A program made the translations under genes and the position numbers. The notes below the pieces were generated by a model. That model saw only the letters and a list, made by a program, of their open reading frames with translations. It was not told the origin of the DNA and made no database searches. A stretch of 61,949 bases of DNA from an uncultured Bacillales bacterium (GTDB lineage: Bacteria; Bacillota_I; Bacilli_A; RFN20; CAG-449). Below, in pieces: positions 9,020-19,920 of this stretch; the first letter of the stretch is position 1, and each line of letters begins with the position of its first letter. The stretch covers positions 1-61,949 of the forward strand of contig CAMEOO010000003.1 in the NCBI GenBank assembly GCA_945929875.1. Direction: 5' to 3'.

Positions 9020-11215
9020 ATGCCAAAAAAAGTTTTTGAATTAGACTTTGAAGGGAAAAAATTGAGCGTTGAAGCTGGCGAAATTGCTAAACAAGCAGAT
9101 GGTGCTGTTTTAGTTCGCTTGAATGATACCGCGGTTTTATCCACCGTCTGTGCATCGGACGAGCCAAAAGATGCAGACTTCTTTCCATTAACTGTTGGAT
9201 ATGAAGAAAAACAATATGCTATAGGAAAAATTCCTGGTAGCTTTTTAAGAAGGGAGGGGCGCCCTGGAGAACACGCTACTCTTACTGCTAGATTAATTGA
9301 CCGACCAATTAGACCAATGTTCTCTGATGGATTTAGAAATGAAGTCCAAATTGTTAATACCGTCATGTCTGTCGATTTAGATTGCACTCCAGAAATGACT
9401 GCAATGTTTGGATCTTCCTTAGCGCTTGGAATAAGCGATATTCCTTTTGATGGACCAATCGCTGGAGTATATGTTGGAAGAGTCGATGGAGAATTTGTTA
9501 TTAACCCTACAGTTGAACAAAAAGCAAAATCAGACTTAAATCTTGCTGTTGCTGGTACTGAAACTGCTATCAACATGGTTGAAGCAGGCGCTCAAGAATT
9601 ATCTGAAGAAGAAATGCTTGATGCAATTATGTTTGGTCATGAAGCAATTAAAAAATTATGTAGATTCCAAAAAGAAATCATTAAAGAAATCGGTAAAGAA
9701 AAACGTCAAGTTTCTCTATATCAAGTTTCTAAAGAAATTGAAGATGATGTTCGTTCTAGAGGCCAAGATCGTTTAATAAAAGCTGTTTCAATTGTCGATA
9801 AATTAGAAAGATATGCCGCAATTGATGAAATTGATAACGAAATTAGAGCCCTCTATGAAGGAAAACCATATAAAGATGAAAAAGAAAGAAAATCAACAAT
9901 GATGCAAGTTAACGACATCCTTGAACAAATCGTTGCAGATGAAGTTAGAAGATTGATTACTGTTGATAAAGTCCGTCCAGATGGAAGAAAGATCGATGAG
10001 ATTCGTCCATTAGACGCTCAAATTGATCTATTTGCAAGAACTCATGGCTCAGCAATGTTTACTCGTGGTCAAACTCAAGTAATTTCTGTAACTACTTTAG
10101 GCCCTCTTGCTGATGAACAAATTATCGATAATTTAACTGATGAAGAAAGTAAACGTTTTATGCACCATTATAACTTCCCACCTTACTCAGTTGGTGAAAT
10201 TGGAAGAATGGGATCTCCTGGAAGAAGAGAAATCGGACATGGAGCTTTAGGTGAAAGAGCATTAAGTTACGTCATTCCTTCAGAAGAAGAATTCCCATAC
10301 ACCATTAGATGCGTCAGCGAAGTTGTTGAATCAAATGGTTCATCTTCTCAAGCTTCCATTTGCGCTTCTACCATGTCCTTAATGGCGGCTGGTGTACCAA
10401 TTAAAGCTCCTGTCGCGGGTATTGCTATGGGCTTAATCACTTCTGGACCACTAGATGGAGAACATCCATATACAATTCTTACCGATATCCAAGGTATGGA
10501 AGACCACTATGGAGATATGGACTTTAAAGTTGCTGGAACAGATGAAGGTATCACCGCTTTACAAATGGATATCAAGATTAAAGGAATCACCAAAGATATC
10601 TTAAGAGAAGCTTTAGCCCAAGCTCATAAAGCTCGTGGAGAAATCATGAAAGTCATTAAAGGAGCAATTAGTGAACCAAGAAAAGAAGTTGGTAAATATG
10701 CACCTAAACTTGCTCAAACTAGAATTCCTGTTGACAAGATTAAAGATGTCATTGGATCTCAAGGTAAAGTAATCAATGATATCATTGAAAAATGCGATAA
10801 CGTCAAGATTGATATTGAAGACGACGGAAGAGTCATCATCTATCATATGGATAGAGAACCAATCAACAAAGCTCTTGCTATGATTGAAGATATCGTTAAA
10901 GAAGCTAAAGTTGGCGAAGTTTATGAAGGAAAAGTAGTTCGAATTGAATCATTTGGATGCTTTGTAAATCTATTTGGTAACGTCGATGGAATGTGCCATG
11001 TTTCTCAACTATCTTGGGAAAGAGTCAATCATCCTAAAGATGTAGTTAAAATTGGACAAACATTAAAAGTTAGAGTTACTGAAATCGATGAGAAGGGTAG
11101 AATCAACTTATCTCATAAAGAGTTTGAAAAAAAGCCTGTGAAAAAGCCTGAAGTAAAAAAAGAAGATATAGTTGAAGAACCTAAAACTCAAGAAGTAAAA
11201 GAAGCTAAAGAATAA
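9020..11215 (+). CDS. pnp: Polynucleotide phosphorylase, with a Lys/Glu-rich C-terminal tail
   Basis: Full-length PNPase pattern (two RNase PH domains, KH, and S1 '[16 protein letters not shown]') with a strong RBS. Confidence 0.97.
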   Translation: MPKKVFELDFEGKKLSVEAGEIAKQADGAVLVRLNDTAVLSTVCASDEPKDADFFPLTVGYEEKQYAIGKIPGSFLRREGRPGEHATLTARLIDRPIRPMFSDGFRNEVQIVNTVMSVDLDCTPEMTAMFGSSLALGISDIPFDGPIAGVYVGRVDGEFVINPTVEQKAKSDLNLAVAGTETAINMVEAGAQELSEEEMLDAIMFGHEAIKKLCRFQKEIIKEIGKEKRQVSLYQVSKEIEDDVRSRGQDRLIKAVSIVDKLERYAAIDEIDNEIRALYEGKPYKDEKERKSTMMQVNDILEQIVADEVRRLITVDKVRPDGRKIDEIRPLDAQIDLFARTHGSAMFTRGQTQVISVTTLGPLADEQIIDNLTDEESKRFMHHYNFPPYSVGEIGRMGSPGRREIGHGALGERALSYVIPSEEEFPYTIRCVSEVVESNGSSSQASICASTMSLMAAGVPIKAPVAGIAMGLITSGPLDGEHPYTILTDIQGMEDHYGDMDFKVAGTDEGITALQMDIKIKGITKDILREALAQAHKARGEIMKVIKGAISEPRKEVGKYAPKLAQTRIPVDKIKDVIGSQGKVINDIIEKCDNVKIDIEDDGRVIIYHMDREPINKALAMIEDIVKEAKVGEVYEGKVVRIESFGCFVNLFGNVDGMCHVSQLSWERVNHPKDVVKIGQTLKVRVTEIDEKGRINLSHKEFEKKPVKKPEVKKEDIVEEPKTQEVKEAKE

Positions 11216-11231
11216 GTATGATAACAAAAAG

Positions 11232-11258
11232 CACGGATAGAAATACCCGTGTTTTTTA
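11232..11258. terminator. Bidirectional terminator shared by pnp (+) and the PIN gene (-)
   Basis: CACGGATA-GAAA-TACCCGTG (one mismatch), flanked by A5 and T6. Confidence 0.8.
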
Positions 11259-11801
11259 GTGAGAACAAATTGTTTCTCTTATTTGTTTTATAAGTTCTTC
11301 TCGAAAAGTTTTATTGTATCTATTTGCTATTTTATCTTTTGGTAGTCTAATTTTACTGCCATTATTTTTTTCTAATAATTCTAAACATTCTTTATATTTT
11401 TCAATAGGAATAAGTTCATATGCTAGTAATAGATCAAGAATACCTAATGTACCGATACATTTTACATTTTCTTTTTCTGCTGCAATACGTAATGCCATGT
11501 CACCTGATAGAAGCTTAATATTTCTCTTCTTTGCAATTGCTAAAGCAATTCGATCGTATACAGATAATCTTTTATATTTTGATCCGTATTCTTCAGATAA
11601 ACGGAATTCTTCTATAGTTAGTTCTGTTTTTTTTAAGCCTAAGCTAATTAGATTATCTTTCAAATCTTTAGGTTGTAGTAATTCATCTTCTATTGCATCT
11701 TCGTTCATTAGATAAGTAAAGTCTAGAAGAAATGGTAATGCTAATTGATTTATTGTTACAAAATCAATCCAAATATTTGTATCACTACTGATTAGCTCCA
11801 T
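11256..11801 (-). CDS. PIN-like domain protein (DUF4411-like), putative toxin/effector
   Basis: 'SDTNIWIDF' N-terminal acidic box, later 'SVYDR.A...A' and 'LLSGD'. ATG 11801 lies 2 nt after the upstream stop, with GGAGAG inside that gene's end (translational coupling). Confidence 0.55.
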   Translation of the reverse strand: MELISSDTNIWIDFVTINQLALPFLLDFTYLMNEDAIEDELLQPKDLKDNLISLGLKKTELTIEEFRLSEEYGSKYKRLSVYDRIALAIAKKRNIKLLSGDMALRIAAEKENVKCIGTLGILDLLLAYELIPIEKYKECLELLEKNNGSKIRLPKDKIANRYNKTFREELIKQIRETICSH

Positions 11802-11803
11802 TG

Positions 11804-12847
11804 TTACTCTCCTACAAAACAACAATTCTCAGCAACTTGATTATAAGGAACTTTTAGTAATTCGGCTCCTTTTTGGATACTTATTTCTTTTTCATTGACA
11901 GCTCTATAAACTAGCTGATTGAATAAATAAGCTTTTTCCGGAGGTATACGATTTGGCTCTTTTTTTCTCCATCCTTGTTTTGAGGCAAAAATATAGAAAT
12001 CTTTAGCAACTTTTTGTGATACTACATTTGATAATTCAGCTCTTTTTGCTATAAGAAACATTGATATTCCATATTCTTTAGCGACAAATTCCATATCTTT
12101 ACTGATTGAAGTGCGATGTATTCCAAGTTCACGTATTACATCACTTTTTGGAAACAAGAAAGCTCCAGATATCGCCGTGGCATAATTTTCAATTTCCTTT
12201 TCTGACATATTGACATTTGACCAGTCAAATATAATGTGAGCTAGCTCATGGCCTAAAGTAGAACGTTGCCTTTCAGGAGACATATTTTCGTTAATCATAA
12301 TGTAAGGACGTCCATTTACAGTTCCATTTATTCCAGAAAAGAGATTATTATCAATGGATTTAAACATGATAAGAAATCCTTTGTTTTCGAGTTTTCCAAC
12401 TAAATCTTCAAGAGGACCTTCTTGCGCAAAACCTAAATATTCACGTAATTTCTTTGCATCTTCATCAATATTATTAGTTATTTTAATAGCGTGGATTTTT
12501 GAAAATGGAGGCATGACCTCTCCACCTAAGATTTCAACGATATTCATAAATCTACTAAAATACTCTTCAACACTCTCATGTATCAATTCTTGATTTTCTT
12601 TTGATAATGAAGTATTTTTTCTAAACTCGTTATGTGAAAAAACAATGTTTTCATTACGAACCTCTAAAAAGTCTGATACTTTGACTTCTAGACACTTTGC
12701 AATTCTTTTCATTATATCCATATCTGGATAACGATCACCATTTTCATAATTGGTAATTGCCATCGGAGTAATATTAACTTGTTTCGCAAGTTCTTTTTTA
12801 CTCATACCTTTTAGTAATCTATAATATTTCAGGTTTTTACTAAACAT
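11804..12847 (-). CDS. XRE-family HTH fused to an ImmA/IrrE-type zinc metallopeptidase
   Basis: N-terminal 'LKGMSKKELAKQVNITPMAITNYENG' HTH and central 'LGHELAHIIF' HEXXH (COG2856-like architecture). Confidence 0.85.
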   Translation of the reverse strand: MFSKNLKYYRLLKGMSKKELAKQVNITPMAITNYENGDRYPDMDIMKRIAKCLEVKVSDFLEVRNENIVFSHNEFRKNTSLSKENQELIHESVEEYFSRFMNIVEILGGEVMPPFSKIHAIKITNNIDEDAKKLREYLGFAQEGPLEDLVGKLENKGFLIMFKSIDNNLFSGINGTVNGRPYIMINENMSPERQRSTLGHELAHIIFDWSNVNMSEKEIENYATAISGAFLFPKSDVIRELGIHRTSISKDMEFVAKEYGISMFLIAKRAELSNVVSQKVAKDFYIFASKQGWRKKEPNRIPPEKAYLFNQLVYRAVNEKEISIQKGAELLKVPYNQVAENCCFVGE

Positions 12848-13008
12848 AATTTTTCCTCCTGTTTATATTATAGTATATTTTTTTAAAAAATAAACACTAT
12901 TATCTTTTTAAATGTAAATAAGGATGAAAAAATTATCTCTATAAATATCTATTCGAAAAAAAACAAAGAATATATTTTTTTTCGAATAAAAAAATTAGAC
13001 TTTTACAT

Positions 13009-14055
13009 CTAATTTTCTTTATCTTGGCTTTTTTGTTCTTCAAGCATCTTTTGACGTTTTTCTTCTACGATATCTCTTTCTTCATCGTACTCGTCTTCGA
13101 TCTCTCCAACAAGTTCTTCTAAGATATCTTCCATAGTGACAATTCCAACTACTTTACCATTCTTATTTTTAACGATTGCCATATGTTTATTTTCTTTTTG
13201 TAAAGTTTTTAATAATCTAGATATTTTTATATTTGGCTTAGTGAAAACTGCTTCCATGACAATTTCTTGTAAGTTTGTTTCTTCATTTAATAACATTTCA
13301 TAGAATTCTTTTTGATATAAAATACCATATATGGTATTTATATTCGCACTTTTAGAAATTGGAAGCCTAGAGTAATTGTAGGCTTCAAAGACTTTTTGAA
13401 TATCATCTAAAGAATCGCTATCTTTAACATAGATGATATTTTTAGTTTTAGTCATAATGTCACTTACTAATAAGTCACCATATTCTAAAGTGTTGAGAAT
13501 GATGCTTTTTTCAATTCCATTTAAAGTGCCATCTTCATGAATTTCATCTACTAGAATTTCAAATTCTTCTTCAGTCATCGCTTCTTGCTCTTTAAATCCA
13601 AAGATCTTTTTGATTAGCTTTTTGATTCCATCGAATAATAAAGAGATTGGATAGAATAAGTAATATAGGCCAAATAAAGGGTAAACTGAAATTCTTGCAA
13701 AGGTTTCTGGATACATTTTAGCAAAAGTTTTTGGAAAGATTTCTCCAAAAATTAGAACCGCAATGGTAACGACTAATGTTCCTAAAGTCGTAGAAAAACT
13801 AATTGCGATAAATAGAATTGTCGCAAGGGAAGTTCCAACGATATTGACGATGTTATTTCCAATTAAGACCGTAGTTAAGAAACGATCGTAGTTTTCTCTA
13901 AGTTTTAAAGCGAGTTTTGCACTTTTACTCTTTTTAGCGATTTTTTTCATTCTTATCTCAGAAAATGAAGTAAATGCGGTTTCACTAGCTGAGAAGAATG
14001 CTGATAGTAATAATAAAATAATTAAACAAATGATTAGTATACTGGGGTGATCCAT
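13009..14055 (-). CDS. CNNM/HlyC/CorC-family transporter (DUF21 + CBS pair, no CorC_HlyC tail)
   Basis: 'SA.FSASETAF.S' start of DUF21, four TM segments, then a CBS pair ('IM.....I.YV', 'VGIVTMEDILEELVGEI.DE'). Confidence 0.85.
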   Translation of the reverse strand: MDHPSILIICLIILLLLSAFFSASETAFTSFSEIRMKKIAKKSKSAKLALKLRENYDRFLTTVLIGNNIVNIVGTSLATILFIAISFSTTLGTLVVTIAVLIFGEIFPKTFAKMYPETFARISVYPLFGLYYLFYPISLLFDGIKKLIKKIFGFKEQEAMTEEEFEILVDEIHEDGTLNGIEKSIILNTLEYGDLLVSDIMTKTKNIIYVKDSDSLDDIQKVFEAYNYSRLPISKSANINTIYGILYQKEFYEMLLNEETNLQEIVMEAVFTKPNIKISRLLKTLQKENKHMAIVKNKNGKVVGIVTMEDILEELVGEIEDEYDEERDIVEEKRQKMLEEQKSQDKEN

Positions 14056-14172
14056 TGTGTCTTTGTTATCCTCCTAAAACGATAATTATATTAACATAAC
14101 TATTCTTTCAATTCAACTTTTATTCATTCTATAGGCCCTAGATTTTTATTTTCGCGTCTTTTCATTTAAAAA

Positions 14173-14186
14173 TGAAAGTGCTTTCA
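14173..14186. promoter_or_regulatory. cre-like / LacI-family operator palindrome upstream of the pullulanase operon
   Basis: TGAAAGTGCTTTCA has perfect TGAAAG/CTTTCA arms. There is one deviation (central TG instead of CG) from the WTGNAANCGNWNNCW cre consensus. Confidence 0.45.
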
Positions 14187-14244
14187 AAATGCTGTTTAAA
14201 ATGCTAGTTTAATATGTTATATTAAATATTGTTAGGAGGCTTTT

Positions 14245-16938
14245 ATGAAAAAGAAAAGTATATTATTAGTTTTACTTTCTTTAATGTGCGTTAGCTGTTC
14301 TAGTTCTTTGAGCTTAAATTCAAAGAAGAATATCGTTGCTACGCCAGTGGTAAAAGAAGAATCCACTCAAGGAAGTGAAGAAAACTTATCTCAAACAGTC
14401 AAAGTTAAAGTCCATTATGCAAGAAACGATGCAAAGTACGATAACTGGGGTATTTGGACTTGGCAAAGTAAACCAAATTCTAGTGATGGTAAAATGATTA
14501 TGTTTGATAAAAGCGATGGAGTTTACGGAAACGTCGCTGAAGTAGATTTAGTTAACGATGAACGTTATATAGGAGCTAGTGAAATTGGCTTCTTAGTTAA
14601 GACTCATTCAGGATCTAGCTTAACTCAATGGACCAATGGACTTAGAGATATCTCGTCAGATAGATTTATCGAAGTCCCAGAGAAATCGCCAAATGGTATC
14701 TTAGATATCTACCTTTACGAAGGCGTAAGCGATGTCATGCATTCTCTTGGTGAAGCTTTAAAAGATAAAATTGTATCTAGCGATTTTACAAGTAAAAATA
14801 CAATCGTGTCTCAAGTTATTCTTTCTCAAGATGTTACTGCAATAACTAAAGATATGTTCCACGTTTATGAAAACGGGACTGAGATAAACTTAAAGAGTTT
14901 TACATATAAAGATAAAAAAATAACTGCAGTATTGAATAAGAATGCTGACGTTACTAAAACCTATTCGATAAAAATTGATTTCCCAGCTGGAGCGTTAACT
15001 CTAGATTGTGGAATGTCAGTTTTCTATGACAATCAAGATTTTATCGATGCCTTTACATACTATGGAAACGATTTAGGAGTTACTTTTAATGAAAGTAGAA
15101 CTAAAACTACATTTAAAGTTTGGGCTCCAATTTCTTCTAAGGTAGTATTAAACATTTATGAATACGGAACTCCTTCTTCTTATGATGAATACACTAGACC
15201 TCTTCCATGGGTAGAACATTCTCAAGATGTTCCTTCTAGAAGTTACGTGATGAAGAAAACTCAACAAGGAGTTTGGTCTATCACTCTTCCTGGTAACTTA
15301 CATGGAAAATATTACACATATTCAGTTACTAATGGGGCTACTACAAATGAAGTAGTTGATCCATATGCTAAATCATGTGGCGTCGATGGCTTAAGAGGAC
15401 AAATCGTCGACTTTGAGCAAATCAATAAAGAATTAGATTGGGATAAAGTTACTCGACCTGAGAGAATTACTGATCCAACTGACGCTTCAATTTATGAAGT
15501 TCACGTTAGAGATGTTACTATCGATGAAACTAGCGGTGTAACAAAAGAAAATCGTGGTAACTTCTTAGGCTTAAGTGAGAAAAACACTTCTTACACTAAA
15601 GATGGGAAAACTGTTTCTACTGGTTTAGCTAGCATTAAGGAACTTGGTGTTACTCATATTCAACTTCAACCAGTTTACGATTACGCTTCAGTAGATGAGG
15701 CTAGTGAAACTAAATATAACTGGGGTTATGATCCTCAAAACTACAATTGTTTAGAAGGCTCTTATTCTTCTAATCCTTACGATGGACTTGTTAGAGTTAA
15801 AGAATTTAAGACGATGATGAAATCTATCTCTGAAGAAGGATTACTTGTTAACATGGACGTTGTCTTTAACCATACCTTTAGTTCAAGTAACACTAACTTT
15901 GAAAAGATCGTACCTGGATATTATCATCGTATGAACAAAGATGGAACTTTCTCAGATGGTTCAGGTTGTGGTAACGAGATGGCGTCTGAAAGAGCGATGT
16001 ATCGAAAATTTGTCGTCGATTCTTGTAAGTTCTTCGTTGATGAATACAATATTTCTGGATTTAGATTTGATTTAATGAAATTACTAGATACAACAACTAT
16101 GGAACTTGTCTATACAGAATGTAAGAAATCATATGATAAAGTTATGGTCTATGGAGAACCTTGGACTGGAGGAACTTCTACTGATACATATGTAGGAACA
16201 GATCAATCTACAATGCAAGGAATTAAAGGAGTCGGAGGATTTAACGATCACTTTAGAGACGCCATTAGAGGCGGAAACGACTTATCTCTTGGTTGGGTTC
16301 AAGATGGAAGCAATTATAAAGATGCAATAGTTCAAGGTATCTGGGGACAATTCTCTAGTTCCTTAATCGATCCTACAAAGACTGTAAATTATGTATCTTG
16401 TCACGATAACTATACTTTATTTGATCAAATCGATTTATCTTCTAAAAAGACTAAGGATAGTAAAATTGATCAAGTAGAACAAGCTCAAGCGATGGTTTTC
16501 TTTAGTGAAGGTATCTCTTTCATTCATGGTGGAGAAGAGTTCTTAAGAACTAAGCAAAATGGAACCGCTCAACAAGTTCATAACTCTTATAATGCTGGTG
16601 ATGAAGTCAACAAGTTTGACTACGCAAGAAAGATTGAAAATCTAAATACCTATAACTTTATGAAAGAAGCTATTTCTATTAGAAATTCTTTCAAAGGATT
16701 TAGACTTGCTTCATATAATGAAATCTCTGAAGCACTAAAAGTCACTAAACAAGATTCGGTAATGGATTATACAATCTCTTATGGAGAAAGTACTTACCGA
16801 GTAGTATCTAATGCAGGTTCGTCTTATCAAGCTTCAGGCTTATCTGGATATAGATTACTTTTATCTAATAATGCTTCTAATTTCTCTGGAAGTACATATT
16901 CAGTTAAGACTAATGAAATTGTCGTATTTAAGAAATAA
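14245..16938 (+). CDS. pulA: Type I pullulanase (GH13), probable lipoprotein
   Basis: 'YNWGYDP' type-I pullulanase signature, 'GFRFDLM', 'YGEPW' and 'VSCHDN' GH13 regions. Signal peptide ends 'LMCVSCSS'. Confidence 0.9.
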   Translation: MKKKSILLVLLSLMCVSCSSSLSLNSKKNIVATPVVKEESTQGSEENLSQTVKVKVHYARNDAKYDNWGIWTWQSKPNSSDGKMIMFDKSDGVYGNVAEVDLVNDERYIGASEIGFLVKTHSGSSLTQWTNGLRDISSDRFIEVPEKSPNGILDIYLYEGVSDVMHSLGEALKDKIVSSDFTSKNTIVSQVILSQDVTAITKDMFHVYENGTEINLKSFTYKDKKITAVLNKNADVTKTYSIKIDFPAGALTLDCGMSVFYDNQDFIDAFTYYGNDLGVTFNESRTKTTFKVWAPISSKVVLNIYEYGTPSSYDEYTRPLPWVEHSQDVPSRSYVMKKTQQGVWSITLPGNLHGKYYTYSVTNGATTNEVVDPYAKSCGVDGLRGQIVDFEQINKELDWDKVTRPERITDPTDASIYEVHVRDVTIDETSGVTKENRGNFLGLSEKNTSYTKDGKTVSTGLASIKELGVTHIQLQPVYDYASVDEASETKYNWGYDPQNYNCLEGSYSSNPYDGLVRVKEFKTMMKSISEEGLLVNMDVVFNHTFSSSNTNFEKIVPGYYHRMNKDGTFSDGSGCGNEMASERAMYRKFVVDSCKFFVDEYNISGFRFDLMKLLDTTTMELVYTECKKSYDKVMVYGEPWTGGTSTDTYVGTDQSTMQGIKGVGGFNDHFRDAIRGGNDLSLGWVQDGSNYKDAIVQGIWGQFSSSLIDPTKTVNYVSCHDNYTLFDQIDLSSKKTKDSKIDQVEQAQAMVFFSEGISFIHGGEEFLRTKQNGTAQQVHNSYNAGDEVNKFDYARKIENLNTYNFMKEAISIRNSFKGFRLASYNEISEALKVTKQDSVMDYTISYGESTYRVVSNAGSSYQASGLSGYRLLLSNNASNFSGSTYSVKTNEIVVFKK

Positions 16939-16952
16939 GGAGGGAATAGATT

Positions 16953-18584
16953 ATGAAAAAAATATTTGTATTAAGTTTATCTTTATTGACTATTCTTTCT
17001 TTAGGCGGATGTATAAAGAAAAATACTCCTACGTCTATTACTAGTAGTGAAGTAAACACTAGCGATGTAACTTCTAGTGAAAATCCTACTAGCGAAGAAG
17101 TATCAAGTGAAACTTCTAGTAACTCATCTAGTAGCTCTACTAGTAGCTTATATACATATAAAGAATATGGAGAAAAAACTAGCACTTCTTTAGAAGTTAA
17201 ATTCTATGTTAATCTTCCAGGTGATGATGGATTATATTGTAAATATAATGTTGAACCAGGTACAAAGATTAAAAGATTTGCTTGTTCATTAAAAGATTAC
17301 TACTTATCATATTGGTATTATGATAAATTAGGCCTTGAACCATTTGATTTTGATACTGCTATTAATGAAAATCTTTCATTGTACGCTTACAATAGACCTA
17401 AAGTTCCTGGATCTGATCCAGTAGAAATTATCGAAGAAGGCGAATTCACAATTACTTTTAATCCTGGTAAGAATGTTTCTATCGTTGAAAAAGAAAATAT
17501 GACTTTGCCATCAAAAGCTAATAAAGATCAAGAGATTTCTTTCTACCTTGCTTTTAATTATAATGTAAGTCACGAAGTGGTAGTAAAAGTTAATAATCAA
17601 GTAGTTTCTTCCGATGCAAATGGCATCTACACTTTCAAAGTAGAAGGAAACACTTTAGTGGAAACTAGCGATGCAGAAATACTTGAATTCGTAGACACAA
17701 ATAAGTATGAATTTTTAGTGGATTCTTCATCTTACGATATGGTTATTAATCCCGCGAACACATTAGAGTATATGGCTGAAGGAATCACCTTAAATGTAGG
17801 TGATACATTCAAAGTTAAAGTAACAGATGAAAATGATAATGTGAGCTATTATTCTAAAGCTTTAACTATAGTAGATGGTATCGCTCAAGCCAATGAGTTC
17901 ACTTGTACAAAAGCTGGTATCTATAGCTTTTATTTCGATACCCAAAAATTAGCGTGTTGGGTATCTGGACCATTAGTTAATTACACCTTTACAAACTGTC
18001 CAAGTTGGCTATTTACTGAAGATGTAGTCGTTTATGCATGGGCTTGGATGGATGGTCAAGAAGGTGGTTGGTATGAAGCAACCTTAAATTCTAACGATCA
18101 TAGCGTATCTCTATTATTAAATGACAATATGTATGGCTTAAAGTTCCAAGTTTACGATGCTAAAACATTTACTGGACCTACATGGGATAATAAGGTTGGA
18201 GAAACTCCAGCAGACTATGAACTTACTACTGGCGTATATTCTTACGATGGAAGTAAGATTTGGATTCACTACACCGATGAAGTAGAAACTTATAGATTCT
18301 ACTTTAAGAATACCTTAGGTTGGTCAACAATCAATTACTACACTTGGGGAGCAAGTGGACCAAAATCATCTTGGCCAGGAGAAGCGATGACTCTAGTTGA
18401 TGGAACTACTGATGTCTATTATTGTGAAGTTAACATTAATAGATATGCAAATATCATCTTCAACAATGGCTCCGCTCAAACAATTGATATCTCTTTAGTT
18501 GGAGTAGATAATAATTCTCTATTTGAATTATCAACAATGAGTGGTGCTAAATATAACGTTAGCATCTCTCCATATAATGGATAA
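16953..18584 (+). CDS. Surface lipoprotein with C-terminal starch-binding-type (CBM25/26-like) modules
   Basis: Lipobox 'LSLGGC' and a Ser/Thr linker. C-terminus 'RFYFKN..GW..INYYTWG......WPGEAMT......YYCEV......IIFNNG.AQT.D' matches the CBM25/26 aromatic pattern as I recall it. Starts 15 nt after pulA. Confidence 0.6.
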   Translation: MKKIFVLSLSLLTILSLGGCIKKNTPTSITSSEVNTSDVTSSENPTSEEVSSETSSNSSSSSTSSLYTYKEYGEKTSTSLEVKFYVNLPGDDGLYCKYNVEPGTKIKRFACSLKDYYLSYWYYDKLGLEPFDFDTAINENLSLYAYNRPKVPGSDPVEIIEEGEFTITFNPGKNVSIVEKENMTLPSKANKDQEISFYLAFNYNVSHEVVVKVNNQVVSSDANGIYTFKVEGNTLVETSDAEILEFVDTNKYEFLVDSSSYDMVINPANTLEYMAEGITLNVGDTFKVKVTDENDNVSYYSKALTIVDGIAQANEFTCTKAGIYSFYFDTQKLACWVSGPLVNYTFTNCPSWLFTEDVVVYAWAWMDGQEGGWYEATLNSNDHSVSLLLNDNMYGLKFQVYDAKTFTGPTWDNKVGETPADYELTTGVYSYDGSKIWIHYTDEVETYRFYFKNTLGWSTINYYTWGASGPKSSWPGEAMTLVDGTTDVYYCEVNINRYANIIFNNGSAQTIDISLVGVDNNSLFELSTMSGAKYNVSISPYNG

Positions 18585-18604
18585 TACATAGAGTAAATTA
18601 ATAA

Positions 18605-18636
18605 GTCCGGGTGAATAAATCATCCGGATTTTTTTG
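18605..18636 (+). terminator. Strong rho-independent terminator closing the pullulanase operon
   Basis: TCCGGGTGA-ATAAA-TCATCCGGA followed by T7. Confidence 0.85.
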
Positions 18637-18686
18637 GCTAAATATGTGTATATATTTTCTACGTATAGTGGAAGAATTCCATATTG

Positions 18687-18782
18687 TTAGTGTAAAAAAA
18701 TTACGTCTAAAAAGATTGCAAATGTAAAAAAAATACACTTCGGTAGTTTACAAATGTAAAAAAAATACATATAATAATAGTG
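18687..18782 (+). repeat. Three phased 32-bp units each carrying TGTAAAAAAA(T/A)TAC; the third unit fills the spacer of a TTTACA-17-TATAAT promoter (18747-18775)
   Basis: Motif copies at 18691-18704, 18723-18736 and 18755-18768, exactly 32 bp apart. Units 2 and 3 share 'CAAATGTAAAAAAAATACA'. Confidence 0.6.
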
Positions 18783-18798
18783 AAATGAGGAGAGAAAA

Positions 18799-19920
18799 AT
18801 GTTAAAACGAGTTACTTTCAGTGGATTTAGAATGTTTAAGAACCAACAAACAATCGATTTTACTGCGACAAAGTCAGAAATCTTAAAAGAATATAATGTG
18901 AAAAATAAAATTCTTAACGGAGGATTATTTTTTGGAAGCAATGGTTCAGGGAAAACATCTGCATTGAACGCGATTAGTATTCTTTTAGATCTTTTATTTA
19001 AAGATCTTTCATTTCCTTCTAATTTTATCTGTGCTTTTTCAAAAAAAGGAGTAGCTTCTTTTAAATATGAGTTTGTAATAGATAATAATAATGTTACATA
19101 TTTGTTTTCTGTAAATACCAAATCAGAAATAACAAATGAAGAATTATACTTGGATAATCAAAAAATTATATCAAGAATCAATAAGAGTGTAAAAACTATC
19201 TTGTCAGACAATGAAGAACAGGAAGTTTCTTCAAACATTTTGTTTTTGAGGACTGCCTATTTTAATACTAATTTTATAAATTATCCTATTTTAAATAAAT
19301 GGATGGAATTTTTGAAAAACTCCATCTATATTGATAGAACAAATAATAAGATGATTACATTTACAAATGATGTATTTTTAGATACAAATTTAGTTTCCTA
19401 TATTGATAAATATGGAGTTAGTGAAATTAATGAGTTCTTAAGTAATTATGATATTCCTTATAAGATTCATTATCAAAAGCAAAATGTTCTTGGTAATAAC
19501 TATATAGCAATCATTGTTGAAAATAAGATAGTAAAGTGTTCACTTCCAATCCAATTAGAATCATACGGAAATAAACTGTTGATTCAATTAATACCATTCT
19601 TATTGTCATGTAAAAAGAATGGGGGAATGTTACTAATAGATGAATTTGGTGGAGGTTGTCACAATAAATTAAATGAGCTTTTAGTAGACTTCTTATTTAA
19701 AAAATGTGAAAACGTACAATCTGTTTTAGTAACACATGAAACTAATCTATTAAAAACCAATCTTATTAGACCTGATCAAGTATTCATTTTTGATTACAAC
19801 GAAGAAGGATCGTATGTTACTAAAGCATCAGATGCATCACCTAGAGAATCGCAAAATTTGGAGAAGATGTATCTTGCAGGAGTCTTTGGAGGTATACCTC
19901 TATATGATCAATATAAATAA
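18799..19920 (+). CDS. AAA_21/ABC-type ATPase, AbiLi/RloA-like (module 1)
   Basis: 'V.FSGFRMFKN', Walker A 'GSNGSGKTS', Walker B 'LLIDEFGGGCH', 'VLVTHE', and C-terminal 'ESQNLEKMYLAGVFGGIP'. Confidence 0.75.
   Translation: MLKRVTFSGFRMFKNQQTIDFTATKSEILKEYNVKNKILNGGLFFGSNGSGKTSALNAISILLDLLFKDLSFPSNFICAFSKKGVASFKYEFVIDNNNVTYLFSVNTKSEITNEELYLDNQKIISRINKSVKTILSDNEEQEVSSNILFLRTAYFNTNFINYPILNKWMEFLKNSIYIDRTNNKMITFTNDVFLDTNLVSYIDKYGVSEINEFLSNYDIPYKIHYQKQNVLGNNYIAIIVENKIVKCSLPIQLESYGNKLLIQLIPFLLSCKKNGGMLLIDEFGGGCHNKLNELLVDFLFKKCENVQSVLVTHETNLLKTNLIRPDQVFIFDYNEEGSYVTKASDASPRESQNLEKMYLAGVFGGIPLYDQYK

Noticed and set aside
8971-9576. 201-aa minus-strand ORF. The same reasoning covers 9543-9776 (+), 10613-10846 (-), 7697-8014 (+), 6856-7137 (-), 3032-3274 (-), 4632-4841 (-), 11314-11715 (+), 12354-12593 (+), 16811-17044 (+) and 16928-17185 (-)
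   Set aside because: All overlap confidently identified genes on the opposite strand or in another frame, lack an RBS and have low-complexity translations. They are shadow ORFs.
12951-12987. ATTCG-A8...T8-CGAAT inverted repeat downstream of the CNNM gene
   Set aside because: The stem is almost entirely A-T and would be very weak as an RNA hairpin. It may still act as a bidirectional terminator, but I would not annotate it.
18687-19121. 144-aa minus-strand ORF across the module-1 promoter and ATPase 5' end. Similar ORFs lie at 22441-22632, 24841-25254, 26421-26627 and 27512-27724
   Set aside because: These are antisense to well-supported ATPase or partner genes. They have no RBS and hydrophobic, low-complexity products.
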